This document shows positions 9,430 to 18,392 of a DNA stretch of 32,000 bases, piece after piece. Where the stretch lies: NCBI RefSeq assembly GCF_000039765.1, contig NC_004459.3, positions 810,001-842,000 on the forward strand, in the 5' to 3' direction. Origin of the DNA: Vibrio vulnificus CMCP6 (GTDB lineage Bacteria; Pseudomonadota; Gammaproteobacteria; Enterobacterales; Vibrionaceae). Every line of letters begins with the position of its first letter. Positions within the stretch are counted from its first letter, which is position 1. The notes under the pieces were generated by a model that had not been told where the DNA came from, searched no databases, and was given only the letters and a program-made list of their open reading frames with translations. The translations under genes and the position numbers were made by a program.

Positions 9430-10632
9430 TTACATCTTGCTATCGAGGTATTTGCCCGTTTCTTTATGACCGAAATCGGGGATCATCGTAAAGAAGAGCG
9501 CCACAATCTGCTCTTTGCTCCAAGCTCGTTGACCTTTCATTTGGGCAATTTGTTCTTCAAAAAGACTCAACAGCTCCGGTTGATACAGAGGTTCATTTTT
9601 GATGATGCCCAAATTTTCAAAACGTGCCATATCAAGCACTTCTTTATCAGTGAAAAACTCTTCGAAATCCTTTTCACCCGTCGTATCACTTTCGGTGAAA
9701 AGACAAGGCCATTTGCCTTGTGCTGGTAGTGTTTTGGCGAGCTCACGCGCTTCATCTTCATTGGCACACAAGTGAGGCTCGTAACCACGTTGCTTGAGGT
9801 ACTTCACTGCAATGTCGGCAAAAGTGATCAGATGCAATGCTTCACTGAGTTTCGGGAAGAAAATGTCGCGATTTTCACCAAAAATACACGACATCAAACA
9901 CAGCTCACCCGATTCTTGAGGGGTAACAAAATAACGTTTGATATCATTTGGTGCGACAATCGGCTGATTTTTTTGGATACGTTGGTTAAAACCATGCAAC
10001 AGTGAACCATCAGAAAAGGCCACGTTAGCAAAACGCGCAGTTGAGATGGCAATTTGCTCACTCTTACGCATCAAGAACATTTCCATAATGCGTTTGGACG
10101 CCCCCATCATATTGACTGGGTTGGCCGCTTTATCCGTCGAGACACAGAAGTACTTTTTAACGCCAGCATCAATCGACTGTTGAATCGTCTTATCAGTGTT
10201 GAATACATTGACATCGATCATTCGCATTAAGGTAAATGGGTCTTTCTCACTGCGAACATGCTTAAGTGCAGATAAGTTCAATACATAGTCATATTGGCCA
10301 TCCGCCTTAATAAACGCATCATACTCAATAGAACCGATGTCCAACGCGAATGTTTGGAAATCGCCATCTATGTAACCGAATGAACTGCGAATATCGCGGA
10401 CCAACTCCACCATATTGTTCTCACTGATATCAACAACGTGCAACTTCTGCGGATGGCGCTTAAAGATTTCTTTAGTGACCGCTTGGCCAATCGACCCCGC
10501 ACCGCCAAGAACAAGAAAGCGTGACTCTGAAACGATACGAGATAGCTCAGCTTCATGCTGAGCAATGTCTTGAGTAAACAGCGCGTCGGTACGACCGATA
10601 AGAGGTAGAATTGGGTTCATAGTATTTATCAT
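9430..10632 (-). CDS. NDP-N-acetylhexosamine 4,6-dehydratase, extended-SDR LegB/LgaA-like (about 400-aa class)
   Basis: 400 aa. It has the LVLGGAGSIGQAV Rossmann motif, STDKAANPVNMMGASKR (the S..Y/M-xxxK catalytic region of the CapD/PseB/LegB group) and a long C-terminal extension. It is the first gene of the operon, facing a 128-bp divergent intergenic region. Confidence 0.75.
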   Translation of the reverse strand: MINTMNPILPLIGRTDALFTQDIAQHEAELSRIVSESRFLVLGGAGSIGQAVTKEIFKRHPQKLHVVDISENNMVELVRDIRSSFGYIDGDFQTFALDIGSIEYDAFIKADGQYDYVLNLSALKHVRSEKDPFTLMRMIDVNVFNTDKTIQQSIDAGVKKYFCVSTDKAANPVNMMGASKRIMEMFLMRKSEQIAISTARFANVAFSDGSLLHGFNQRIQKNQPIVAPNDIKRYFVTPQESGELCLMSCIFGENRDIFFPKLSEALHLITFADIAVKYLKQRGYEPHLCANEDEARELAKTLPAQGKWPCLFTESDTTGEKDFEEFFTDKEVLDMARFENLGIIKNEPLYQPELLSLFEEQIAQMKGQRAWSKEQIVALFFTMIPDFGHKETGKYLDSKM

Positions 10633-10760
10633 GTAATTGTTTCAACTGCCTAAATTATACTATAGACTTAAACATGATTAAATCTTACCACGCAACCATG
10701 TTTGCGATGTCAGCAAACAAAGATGCTCAACCAAAGTAGACAACTGCACCTCTTCTGACT

Positions 10761-11759
10761 ATGAACCTTTTTCTCTCTACCTCACCACTCCAGCTCATTT
10801 GCTGTATAGAAGCTAAACGCTTTTATAACACAAAAAACAATATCTTAATTCTAAGAGAAGAACGTTCTTCAGCAGGTAATGAGCAGATTAACAAGCTACT
10901 AGATAAGAGTGAGTGGGATTCAGTACTAATACTGAAACGAAATAGTAAGATTTGGAACACAGCACGACTTATACATAAGATAAAAAGTTTAAATCCAAGC
11001 TTGCAGTTCGAGCATTTCTTTTTTGCAGATTACTTGGCGTGGAGAACCAATGTTCTTCTCGCAAACATAAAAGCTAGCAATGAAGTCATGCTCGACGATG
11101 GAACAAATACAATATCAACATTCAAGACTCTTATTGAAACTGAACAGCATGTTTATCGGAACAAAAGAAGTCGAGATATACTAATGTCTGCTCTTGGTAT
11201 TAAAAAAGCTAGAGTGATTTATCCAAGAAAAACATTCCGCCTTTTCACTTTTTTTAATCTAGTATCTAAAAAATTCCCCATTGATAGAAACGATTTCATC
11301 ACACTGAAAGAAAGACTTAATATAAATTATTGTTTTTCAGAAACAGCCCCAGTCGGCTTCATCGGTCAAGGTCTGGTTGGCAGTCGAGGAATGAAAATTA
11401 CGGAATATTGCAACCTGTTAAAAACAATTATAAAAAAGCATCCGAGAGGACTCATTTATTTTCCACATAGAAGTGAAACTAAAGACGTTGAAAATATAGT
11501 AAGGAGCATCAATGGTGTCGACTACAGAAAAACGTCTTGTCCAATTGAGTTCGAAATATCTAATGAAGAAATAAAGCTATCCACCATTTATGGTATAACA
11601 TCCGCAGCTTCATTTACATTAAGTAAAATCTACACCAACATACCAATCTATGATATCGAAGTTCCCATTGAAAAATACGAAATGCCATTACTTGGGGAAA
11701 CTTTGGAATCATTAAGAAAAGAAATTGGGTTACCTTATGCAGAGTTGCCAGATTGGTAA
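10761..11759 (+). CDS. GT52-like glycosyltransferase, candidate nonulosonic-acid (sialyl-type) transferase
   Basis: 332 aa. The N-terminus NLFLSTSPLQLICCIEAKRF resembles the GT52 (Lst/LsgB-type) start. D-D-G at residues 112-114 and F-P-H-R at 234-237 recall the D/E-D/E-G and H-P motifs of bacterial sialyltransferases. The gene is strongly AT-rich: a hand count of the first 200 nt gives 71 G+C. Confidence 0.5.
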   Translation: MNLFLSTSPLQLICCIEAKRFYNTKNNILILREERSSAGNEQINKLLDKSEWDSVLILKRNSKIWNTARLIHKIKSLNPSLQFEHFFFADYLAWRTNVLLANIKASNEVMLDDGTNTISTFKTLIETEQHVYRNKRSRDILMSALGIKKARVIYPRKTFRLFTFFNLVSKKFPIDRNDFITLKERLNINYCFSETAPVGFIGQGLVGSRGMKITEYCNLLKTIIKKHPRGLIYFPHRSETKDVENIVRSINGVDYRKTSCPIEFEISNEEIKLSTIYGITSAASFTLSKIYTNIPIYDIEVPIEKYEMPLLGETLESLRKEIGLPYAELPDW

Positions 11760-11769
11760 CCCCTCGACT

Positions 11770-13605
11770 CTATCGACTAAATCGACTGATCTGCTCTAAG
11801 GCTTGCTGCAGATAGGTAAAATTCGGTTGTTGATCTTTCAACTGGCGATTGGTTTTGTCCATAAATTGGTACTGGCCACCGCCACTCACTTCTAGGATAT
11901 TGTCATCGGTAATAATGGCATAACCGCTGTAGTTTGAGGAAATGATCCAATCACGTTTTACTGCATCACCGAGTAAATCTTCGCCAACCGAGTAATCTTT
12001 CACATCGTTGGTCACCCCGAGATAGTGCTTCATCAACGTCGGTACAACATCTTGGTGGCTAGTGAGCGCTTCGCTACTCCACTGCATCTTCGCCGCATCA
12101 ACGCCAGGGCCAAAGATAGCAAACGGCACGTTGACCTGCGCATCGGTAAAGTTGCTGTTGTGCCCCCAGAAGTTGAGTTTGTTGTCATTCATCTCTTGCC
12201 CATGGTCACCGGTAATGATCACCAAGGTGTTTTCCAGATCGCCACTCTCTTTGAGTTTATCGAGCACTTTTGTTGCCATTGAATCGACATAACGCACACT
12301 GGTTTTGTAGCGATTGAAAAATGGCGTCGGATCCGTGTCGTTGTGCAGCTTGAGATAATTCACCTCTTTGAGTATCGGTTCGTATTTCGGCTCAAAATCT
12401 GCAGGGAAATCGTAGCCATGTGGCGCATCGTAAAACAAGAAAGAGAACGTTGGCTTCGACTTATCACGTTGATCGTACCAAGCTAACCAATCTTGAGTGA
12501 GGTTAGCATCCAGCTCAGACGGGCGACCACCTTCAGAGCCAATACGTAAGTTTTCCACTTTGGTGAAAACCGTTTGATTGAATTCCGGTTTACGCAACTG
12601 AGCGGCAGTGAAAATACCTAATTGGTAGTCCAGAGCCTGTAGACGGTCGATCAGTACCGGGCTTTGTTGGTTTGCTAAGAAGCCATGCCAGTAGGTGCCC
12701 GGAATGCCGTAGAAAAGACCAAAGATACCTGTACGAGTCGCGTTGCCTGTCGCGATGTGATTATTGAAAACCACACCCGACTGCGCGTATTTCCACATGT
12801 TTGGCGTATTGTCTGCGTTGAAGGTATCGGCACGCCAAGAATCCACCACCAGCAACATAATATTGAGCGGTTTCTCTACAGGTTGTGTTTGAAGTGGTGC
12901 TAATGGGTAATTCAAATCATTTTTGCGTTTAAACGCCAGTGCCTTTTGACGCTCAAGCGCCTCTTCATCCACCCAACCTTGTTTGCGCATAAATTTATCT
13001 GCTGTAGCAGGATAAAACAGCGGTAAATAGCGCTTCACCGTGGTCACCGGTTGATAGGCATGCGCTGCGGCCCAAATATGAATCGCATTGGTGGCCAGTA
13101 GCGCAGCAAAGGTCAACAACGCAAATTTGCGGCCAAGTTTCAGCGCTCTGACGGGTGCACCATTTTCTAGCCAGCGAATTGTCCACCACTGAGCGGCCAA
13201 CAACAAAGCAACACCGCCAATCACCATTAACCAAGTGATCAACGGAAAGCTAACAATTTGCCCCGACATCACGAGCTCTAGCACCACCGCATTAATATGG
13301 AATCGATACTGTGCAAACACGATGGTATCAATAAACAAAGTCGCGACGCCTAACGAAGCAATTAGAGCTTGGGTACCATTACGAAATGGTTTCGGCAAAA
13401 ATAAGGTGGGAATGGTCACCAAACCAATGAGCGCAGCAAGCAGCGTCATCTGCCCCCAAGTACCAGCAAGAATAAAGGTGATGCCTAATGGATCCGTCGG
13501 GAACTCTGGCAGAAAGGCGAAATAACGACTGGCAATCAACATTAACACCAAAGCGTTAATTAGAATAAACCAGCCGTGAGCGTGCAGCTTTTGCTTAAAA
13601 GACAT
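11770..13605 (-). CDS. YejM/PbgA(LapC)-like inner-membrane protein: DUF3413-type N-terminal TM domain plus sulfatase/alkaline-phosphatase-fold domain
   Basis: 611 aa. The N-terminus HAHGWFILINALVLMLIASRYF aligns by eye with E. coli YejM (WGHWFALFNILLSLVIGSRYLF). There are about 5 TM helices. The periplasmic domain has sulfatase-fold motifs (LLVVDSWRAD, ITGDHGQE). Confidence 0.7.
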   Translation of the reverse strand: MSFKQKLHAHGWFILINALVLMLIASRYFAFLPEFPTDPLGITFILAGTWGQMTLLAALIGLVTIPTLFLPKPFRNGTQALIASLGVATLFIDTIVFAQYRFHINAVVLELVMSGQIVSFPLITWLMVIGGVALLLAAQWWTIRWLENGAPVRALKLGRKFALLTFAALLATNAIHIWAAAHAYQPVTTVKRYLPLFYPATADKFMRKQGWVDEEALERQKALAFKRKNDLNYPLAPLQTQPVEKPLNIMLLVVDSWRADTFNADNTPNMWKYAQSGVVFNNHIATGNATRTGIFGLFYGIPGTYWHGFLANQQSPVLIDRLQALDYQLGIFTAAQLRKPEFNQTVFTKVENLRIGSEGGRPSELDANLTQDWLAWYDQRDKSKPTFSFLFYDAPHGYDFPADFEPKYEPILKEVNYLKLHNDTDPTPFFNRYKTSVRYVDSMATKVLDKLKESGDLENTLVIITGDHGQEMNDNKLNFWGHNSNFTDAQVNVPFAIFGPGVDAAKMQWSSEALTSHQDVVPTLMKHYLGVTNDVKDYSVGEDLLGDAVKRDWIISSNYSGYAIITDDNILEVSGGGQYQFMDKTNRQLKDQQPNFTYLQQALEQISRFSR

Positions 13606-13649
13606 GTAACTAACTTCCTGAGACTTACGTCTATTAATGAGAATAGCGA

Positions 13650-14360
13650 TTATTGTTGACTTTCGTAGCCTGTCAGTAAGGCGTGAAAATCTTTGTCGTG
13701 CCAGTGAATACTTCGCTTCACTCGCTCTTTGTTAAATGAGCGTTTGAGTCGATCTAAGTTCTCTTGTTTCCAACCATCCCCAGCTTGCGGATAGCATTTA
13801 TCAAAATCGATAATCCAGATCGTTTCCTGCGCATCAATCAGAATGTTGTGAATATTAAGATCGGTATGATTGACGCCAACGCGATGCATTTTCGCAATTT
13901 CGACACCGATTTTTTGGTAAAGCTCCGCACTCAGTGAGTGTTTTTGCAGTATGGTCACTAAATCTTGCGCATTGGCAATGCGTTCACTCAGCAAGTCCGC
14001 TTGGTAAAAAAGCCCTTTTCTCATCGCATAGGCTGCGATCGGTCTCGGTACATTGACCCCGGCTTCGCGTAATTGTTTAAGCAGATGAAATTCTGCGAAA
14101 CTGCGTGTTGCAGACCAGCTTTGAAACCAATAGTGATCTTTCACCAACTTGCCGAATAGTCCACCGCGACGATAGTGACGCAGTGCTGCTGTGATCTTGG
14201 GCAGTTGCACAAACCACGTGGTGCCGCGCCCAGTGGCACTTCCCACCACTTTGTTTTGTGCTTGCCAATACTGCGGGTCAAATAAAGCCAGCTCTGGCGA
14301 ACTCACCCATTCGCTGTCGTAACAAATTCGACTTTGACCAAACTGCTGTTGTTCAATCAT
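13650..14360 (-). CDS. kdkA: 3-deoxy-D-manno-octulosonic acid (Kdo) kinase
   Basis: 236 aa. It has the kinase catalytic loop VNHTDLNIHNILID and a DFDK metal-binding motif. The size and the position inside the LPS core cluster match KdkA of Vibrio/Haemophilus. Confidence 0.8.
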   Translation of the reverse strand: MIEQQQFGQSRICYDSEWVSSPELALFDPQYWQAQNKVVGSATGRGTTWFVQLPKITAALRHYRRGGLFGKLVKDHYWFQSWSATRSFAEFHLLKQLREAGVNVPRPIAAYAMRKGLFYQADLLSERIANAQDLVTILQKHSLSAELYQKIGVEIAKMHRVGVNHTDLNIHNILIDAQETIWIIDFDKCYPQAGDGWKQENLDRLKRSFNKERVKRSIHWHDKDFHALLTGYESQQ

Positions 14361-14412
14361 GCTTTACCACCACCAATCATGCTTTACCACCACCAATCAT
14401 GCTTTACCACCA
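14354..14412. repeat. Three tandem copies (period 20 bp) of the 19-mer CAATCATGCTTTACCACCA spanning the dgkA stop and kdkA start
   Basis: Direct reading finds copies at 14354-14372, 14374-14392 and 14394-14412. On the minus strand each copy reads TGGTGGTAAAGCATGATTG, which is the end of dgkA (W W stop) plus AGC plus the ATGATTG start of kdkA. Confidence 0.95.
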
Positions 14413-14793
14413 ATAGTGACTACCAACGATATAAAGCCATGTAAAACCAGCGAAAATCAACGCCACCAGCACCGCCGCAGAACCAATGTCTTTAGCTCGG
14501 CCACTGAGTTCGTGATGCTCCACCCCGATGCGATCCACTACCGCTTCCACCGCTGAATTCATTAATTCAACAATCAGCACCAGCACAACCACCGCAAGCA
14601 ACGTGATACGTTCAAGCATCGATACATCAAACCAAGTCGCTAGCACTATTGCAACGACGAGCAAAGCAAACTCCTGACGAACCGCAGCCTCATGCTTAAA
14701 TGCCGCTTTCAAGCCCTGAATCGAGTAGCCTGTGGCTTTTATTATGCGCTTAATACCAGTATTGCCTGGCTTGCCTAAATTTGGCTGAGTCAT
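14404..14793 (-). CDS. dgkA: Diacylglycerol kinase
   Basis: GIKRIIKATGYSIQGLKAAFKHEAAVRQE...VELMNSAVEAVVDRIGVEHHELSGRAKDIGSAAV aligns closely to E. coli DgkA. The track ORF extends to 14862 (152 aa). The E. coli alignment and a divergent promoter inside the extension favour the ATG at 14793 (129 aa). Confidence 0.9.
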   Translation of the reverse strand: MTQPNLGKPGNTGIKRIIKATGYSIQGLKAAFKHEAAVRQEFALLVVAIVLATWFDVSMLERITLLAVVVLVLIVELMNSAVEAVVDRIGVEHHELSGRAKDIGSAAVLVALIFAGFTWLYIVGSHYWW

Positions 14794-14836
14794 AGAAGGG
14801 ATTGCCTTATCGTTGCCATCAATGAAAGAGGGGTAT

Positions 14837-14865
14837 TTTACATTTATCTTGGGTATCTGCATAAT
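14837..14865 (+). promoter_or_regulatory. Putative sigma70 promoter for the GT9-GT2 operon
   Basis: TTTACA (14837-14842), a 17-nt spacer, then CATAAT (14860-14865), about 30 nt upstream of the ATG at 14895. This is a sequence match only. Confidence 0.4.
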
Positions 14866-14894
14866 TTAGCCAGATATTTTTTTGAGCAGAACTT

Positions 14895-15956
14895 ATGCCG
14901 CTTTTTGAACAAGCCCCAAACTCCGTCTGTTTCCTACGTTTGTCCGCCATTGGTGATGTTTGCCATGCGGTCGCTGCCGTTCAGGCGTTGCAACGCCACT
15001 GGCCTTCCACCAAAGTGACCTGGGTGATTGGCAAAGTCGAAGCGCAACTGCTACAAGGTTTAGAAGGCGTTGAGCTGATCGTTTTTGATAAAAAGCAGGG
15101 GCTCGATGGCATGAAAGCCGTTTGGCGCCAGTTGAAAGGGCATCGTTTTGATGCGCTTGTTCATATGCAACTTGCCCTAAGAGCAAGCATAGTCACTCTT
15201 GGCATCAAAGCCACGTATAAGGTTGGCTTTAACTTTAAACGCGCAAAAGAAGGGCAATGGCTGTTCACCAATCGCAAGATCTCCGATACAGAATCTGCGC
15301 ACGTCTTAGACAGTTTCTACTCGTTTATCGAATATTTGGGTGTGCCCCGAACGCCTCCTCAATGGCAATTGCCCATCAGCGATGCTGATCATCACTTTGC
15401 CCAAGAGACCCTCGGTGACCAACCCACCCTTGTCATTTCGCCGGCAGCCAGTAAGGATGAGCGTAACTGGTTGGCAGACCGCTACGCGGCATTAGGTGAT
15501 TATGCTTATGAACAAGGCTATCAAGTGGTGATTTGTGGTTCTCCCGCTGAACGCGAAAAAGCCTTGGCTGCGGATATTCTACGCCACATGCAGCACCCTG
15601 CGCTGAATTTAGTGGGTAAAACCAACCTCAAACAACTCACCGCACTATTAAACAAAGCTGCCGTGGTATTGGCGCCCGACTCTGGTCCCGCGCACATTGC
15701 CACGACCCAAGGCACCCCCGTCATTGGCCTTTATGGACACAGTAACCCCAAGCGCACCGGACCATACAATAACCTCAACGAGGTAGTGAGCGTCTATGAG
15801 CAATTTATTGTCGAACAACACGGCAAAGCGGCTGAAACTCTGCCTTGGAGCACTCGCGTTAAAGGCGATCATATTATGCAAGCAATCTCGGTCAGCGATG
15901 TGATTCACAGCTTTGACCACATCACGAAAAAGGAATCAGCATGTCTGAATCAATAA
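14895..15956 (+). CDS. Glycosyltransferase family 9 (ADP-heptose:LPS heptosyltransferase family)
   Basis: 353 aa. It has the N-terminal [20 protein letters not shown] motif of GT9 enzymes and a C-terminal PDSGPAHIA donor-binding motif. Confidence 0.8.
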   Translation: MPLFEQAPNSVCFLRLSAIGDVCHAVAAVQALQRHWPSTKVTWVIGKVEAQLLQGLEGVELIVFDKKQGLDGMKAVWRQLKGHRFDALVHMQLALRASIVTLGIKATYKVGFNFKRAKEGQWLFTNRKISDTESAHVLDSFYSFIEYLGVPRTPPQWQLPISDADHHFAQETLGDQPTLVISPAASKDERNWLADRYAALGDYAYEQGYQVVICGSPAEREKALAADILRHMQHPALNLVGKTNLKQLTALLNKAAVVLAPDSGPAHIATTQGTPVIGLYGHSNPKRTGPYNNLNEVVSVYEQFIVEQHGKAAETLPWSTRVKGDHIMQAISVSDVIHSFDHITKKESACLNQ

Positions 15957-16732
15957 ACAAGCCAACGCTCGCCGTGGCTCTGATTGTTAAAAATGAAGCC
16001 GCTAACTTGGATGCCTGCTTAAAAACGGTTGAAGGTTGGGTCGATGAGATCGTTATTTTGGATTCAGGCAGCAGCGATGAAACCGAAGCCGTTGCCAGAC
16101 GCTACACCGACAAATTCTTTATTAACAAAGAGTGGCCGGGCTTTGGCCCACAACGCCGTCTTGCTCAGCAGTATGTTGAATCCGATTATGTGCTTTGGCT
16201 CGATGCCGATGAGCGTGTCACACCTGAGCTGAAGTTGAGCATTCAACAAGCGGTAGAATCCAATGAAGCGAATACCCTTTACAGCATGTGTCGCCTAAGC
16301 TGGGTATTTGGTCGTTATATCCGTCACTGTGGCTGGTATCCTGATCGTGTGGTGCGTCTCTATCCTACCAAGTTGACTCAATACGACGATGCGTTGGTGC
16401 ATGAGAAGGTGGAAATCACCAAAGCAATGAAAGTGAAAGAGTTACAAGGGGATGCCATCCACTACACTTACAACGACTTGCACCATTATTTGGTGAAGTC
16501 TGCCGGTTATGCCAAAGCATGGGCAGAGCAACGTGAGAAACGAGGTAAAAAGAGCAGCATCTCTCAAGGCGTACTGCATGCCATTGCTTGCTTTGTCAAA
16601 ATGTACATTGTCAAAGCGGGCTTTTTAGATGGTAAGCAGGGCTTTCTGTTGTCGCTACTTTCCGCGCACTCCACACTGGTGAAGTACGCGGACTTGTGGA
16701 TCAGGACAAGTACGGAGAAACCCAAGGATTAA
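15941..16732 (+). CDS. Family 2 glycosyltransferase, WaaE/KdtX-like LPS core enzyme
   Basis: 263 aa. [39 protein letters not shown] and WLDADE (a DxD motif) resemble Klebsiella/Serratia WaaE (KdtX). Its start overlaps the upstream GT9 gene by 16 nt. Confidence 0.75.
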   Translation: MSESINKPTLAVALIVKNEAANLDACLKTVEGWVDEIVILDSGSSDETEAVARRYTDKFFINKEWPGFGPQRRLAQQYVESDYVLWLDADERVTPELKLSIQQAVESNEANTLYSMCRLSWVFGRYIRHCGWYPDRVVRLYPTKLTQYDDALVHEKVEITKAMKVKELQGDAIHYTYNDLHHYLVKSAGYAKAWAEQREKRGKKSSISQGVLHAIACFVKMYIVKAGFLDGKQGFLLSLLSAHSTLVKYADLWIRTSTEKPKD

Positions 16733-17735
16733 GCTGCACCAGCGCCGCATCAATGTCGATGCGGCTCATATCCGCTTCCATTGCTTCACCGCCACCTTTT
16801 GGTGGGCAAAACGCCAGATGGCGTCCTTCTGAGTTGAGTGGTCTCCAGCGCAATGGCGTTGAAGAACGCTTACTTGGAAAAAATCCGACAGTTGGAACAT
16901 CCAAGGTCGCCGCAATATGCAACGGTCCTGTTGAGCCAGCAATAAATAGATCAGCGCAGGCAATGGAGCGCGTAAAGTCGACAAGGCCTTCATTCTTGTC
17001 ATACACCACCCCTTGGCCACCTAACTGAGCGTATTCTTTCAATAGCTGTTGTGCTTTTTCCGTTTCCCCCGGCCCCGCCGTGACAATCAGTTGAAAATCT
17101 TGCTCGATCCCTTTTAGCAACTCGGCATATTGTGACAATGTCAGGTTATTGGCTGAGCCACCCGTGCCGGCATGCACCATCACCCAAGCCTTATGCGCTT
17201 CAATGCTGAGCTGTTCGCTGAGCTTGAGTTTTTGCACACTCAATTCGGTTTCGTCAAACGAAAGAAAAGGCGCTTGAGGCTCAACTGCCGTGACTTTTTG
17301 CTCATTCAAGAAGGTGCGAATGAGATCAAGATTGTACTGATATTCCGGTTTGGCGGATTGTGAGCGTTTCTGCTTAATTCTGCGGTTATAAAAAATCTGT
17401 GCGATTTTTGTTGCAGGTGCCAAGCGATACTTAATGCCCGCTTTCCACACGAGTAACGCATTATACGTTGTCGAAAACAAGTTGATTGAGGCATCAAACT
17501 GACGTGACTTGATCTCCTGAACCAACTGCTTCGTGGCTTCTTTGCCTGCCTTTTCAGTTGGGTCCAATAATACATCGTCAATCCATGGGCAAAGTCGCGC
17601 CAACTCTTGCGTATAACTTGGTACTAAAGCGGTAATGTGCGCTTCTGGCATCGATTGCTTGAGCATGGCGAAACTTGGCCACGCAAGCATAAAGTCGCCA
17701 ATTTTATCATTCCGGATAACCAGTATTTTTTTCAT
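16701..17735 (-). CDS. Glycosyltransferase family 9 (heptosyltransferase family)
   Basis: 344 aa. It has N-terminal [20 protein letters not shown] and C-terminal [11 protein letters not shown] motifs. It is divergent from coaD. Confidence 0.8.
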   Translation of the reverse strand: MKKILVIRNDKIGDFMLAWPSFAMLKQSMPEAHITALVPSYTQELARLCPWIDDVLLDPTEKAGKEATKQLVQEIKSRQFDASINLFSTTYNALLVWKAGIKYRLAPATKIAQIFYNRRIKQKRSQSAKPEYQYNLDLIRTFLNEQKVTAVEPQAPFLSFDETELSVQKLKLSEQLSIEAHKAWVMVHAGTGGSANNLTLSQYAELLKGIEQDFQLIVTAGPGETEKAQQLLKEYAQLGGQGVVYDKNEGLVDFTRSIACADLFIAGSTGPLHIAATLDVPTVGFFPSKRSSTPLRWRPLNSEGRHLAFCPPKGGGEAMEADMSRIDIDAALVQLNPWVSPYLS

Positions 17736-17803
17736 TGTTCTGCTGCCGTTTGATTTTTATGTCGTCATGATACATGCATATTGATAGCATGTAGACATTT
17801 TGA

Positions 17804-18316
<513 letters not shown>

Positions 18317-18327
18317 GAAATAAAACA

Positions 18328-18370
18328 AAACCCGCCCGATGAAGCACCTGAAAGCGGGTTTCTCTTTTTT
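18328..18370. terminator. Putative bidirectional rho-independent terminator between coaD and the convergent LtaS-like gene
   Basis: AAACCCGC (18328-18335) pairs with GCGGGTTT (18354-18361). It is followed by CTCTTTTTT on the plus strand and, on the minus strand, by TGTTTTATTT. The 18-nt loop is large, which lowers confidence. Confidence 0.5.
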
Positions 18371-18392
18371 ATTGCTGCGTGGGCTGACAATG

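Noticed and set aside
1043-9788. Track ORFs antisense to or nested in the sugar operon (for example 1043-1285, 2346-2624, 3159-3557, 3694-4005, 4333-4563, 5175-5360, 7197-7400, 7875-8060, 8246-8482, 8422-8625, 8659-8847, 9094-9405, 9203-9469, 9466-9729, 9567-9788)
   Set aside because: Each lies entirely or almost entirely inside a longer ORF with clear family motifs. They have no Shine-Dalgarno or recognisable motifs, and their composition is typical of shadow frames.
10654-10659. TATAAT on the minus strand 21 nt upstream of the first operon ATG (10632), as a candidate operon promoter
   Set aside because: The matching -35 is poor (TTTAAT), and it would leave a leader of only about 15 nt without a Shine-Dalgarno. 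The evidence is too weak to list as a feature, and the true promoter may lie further upstream in 10660-10760.
10633-11772. Looked for a mobile-element signature (IS, transposase, integrase, terminal inverted or direct repeats) around the AT-rich GT52-like gene
   Set aside because: None is visible. The flanks are an ordinary divergent intergenic region and an abutting convergent gene. Foreign origin is inferred only from composition.
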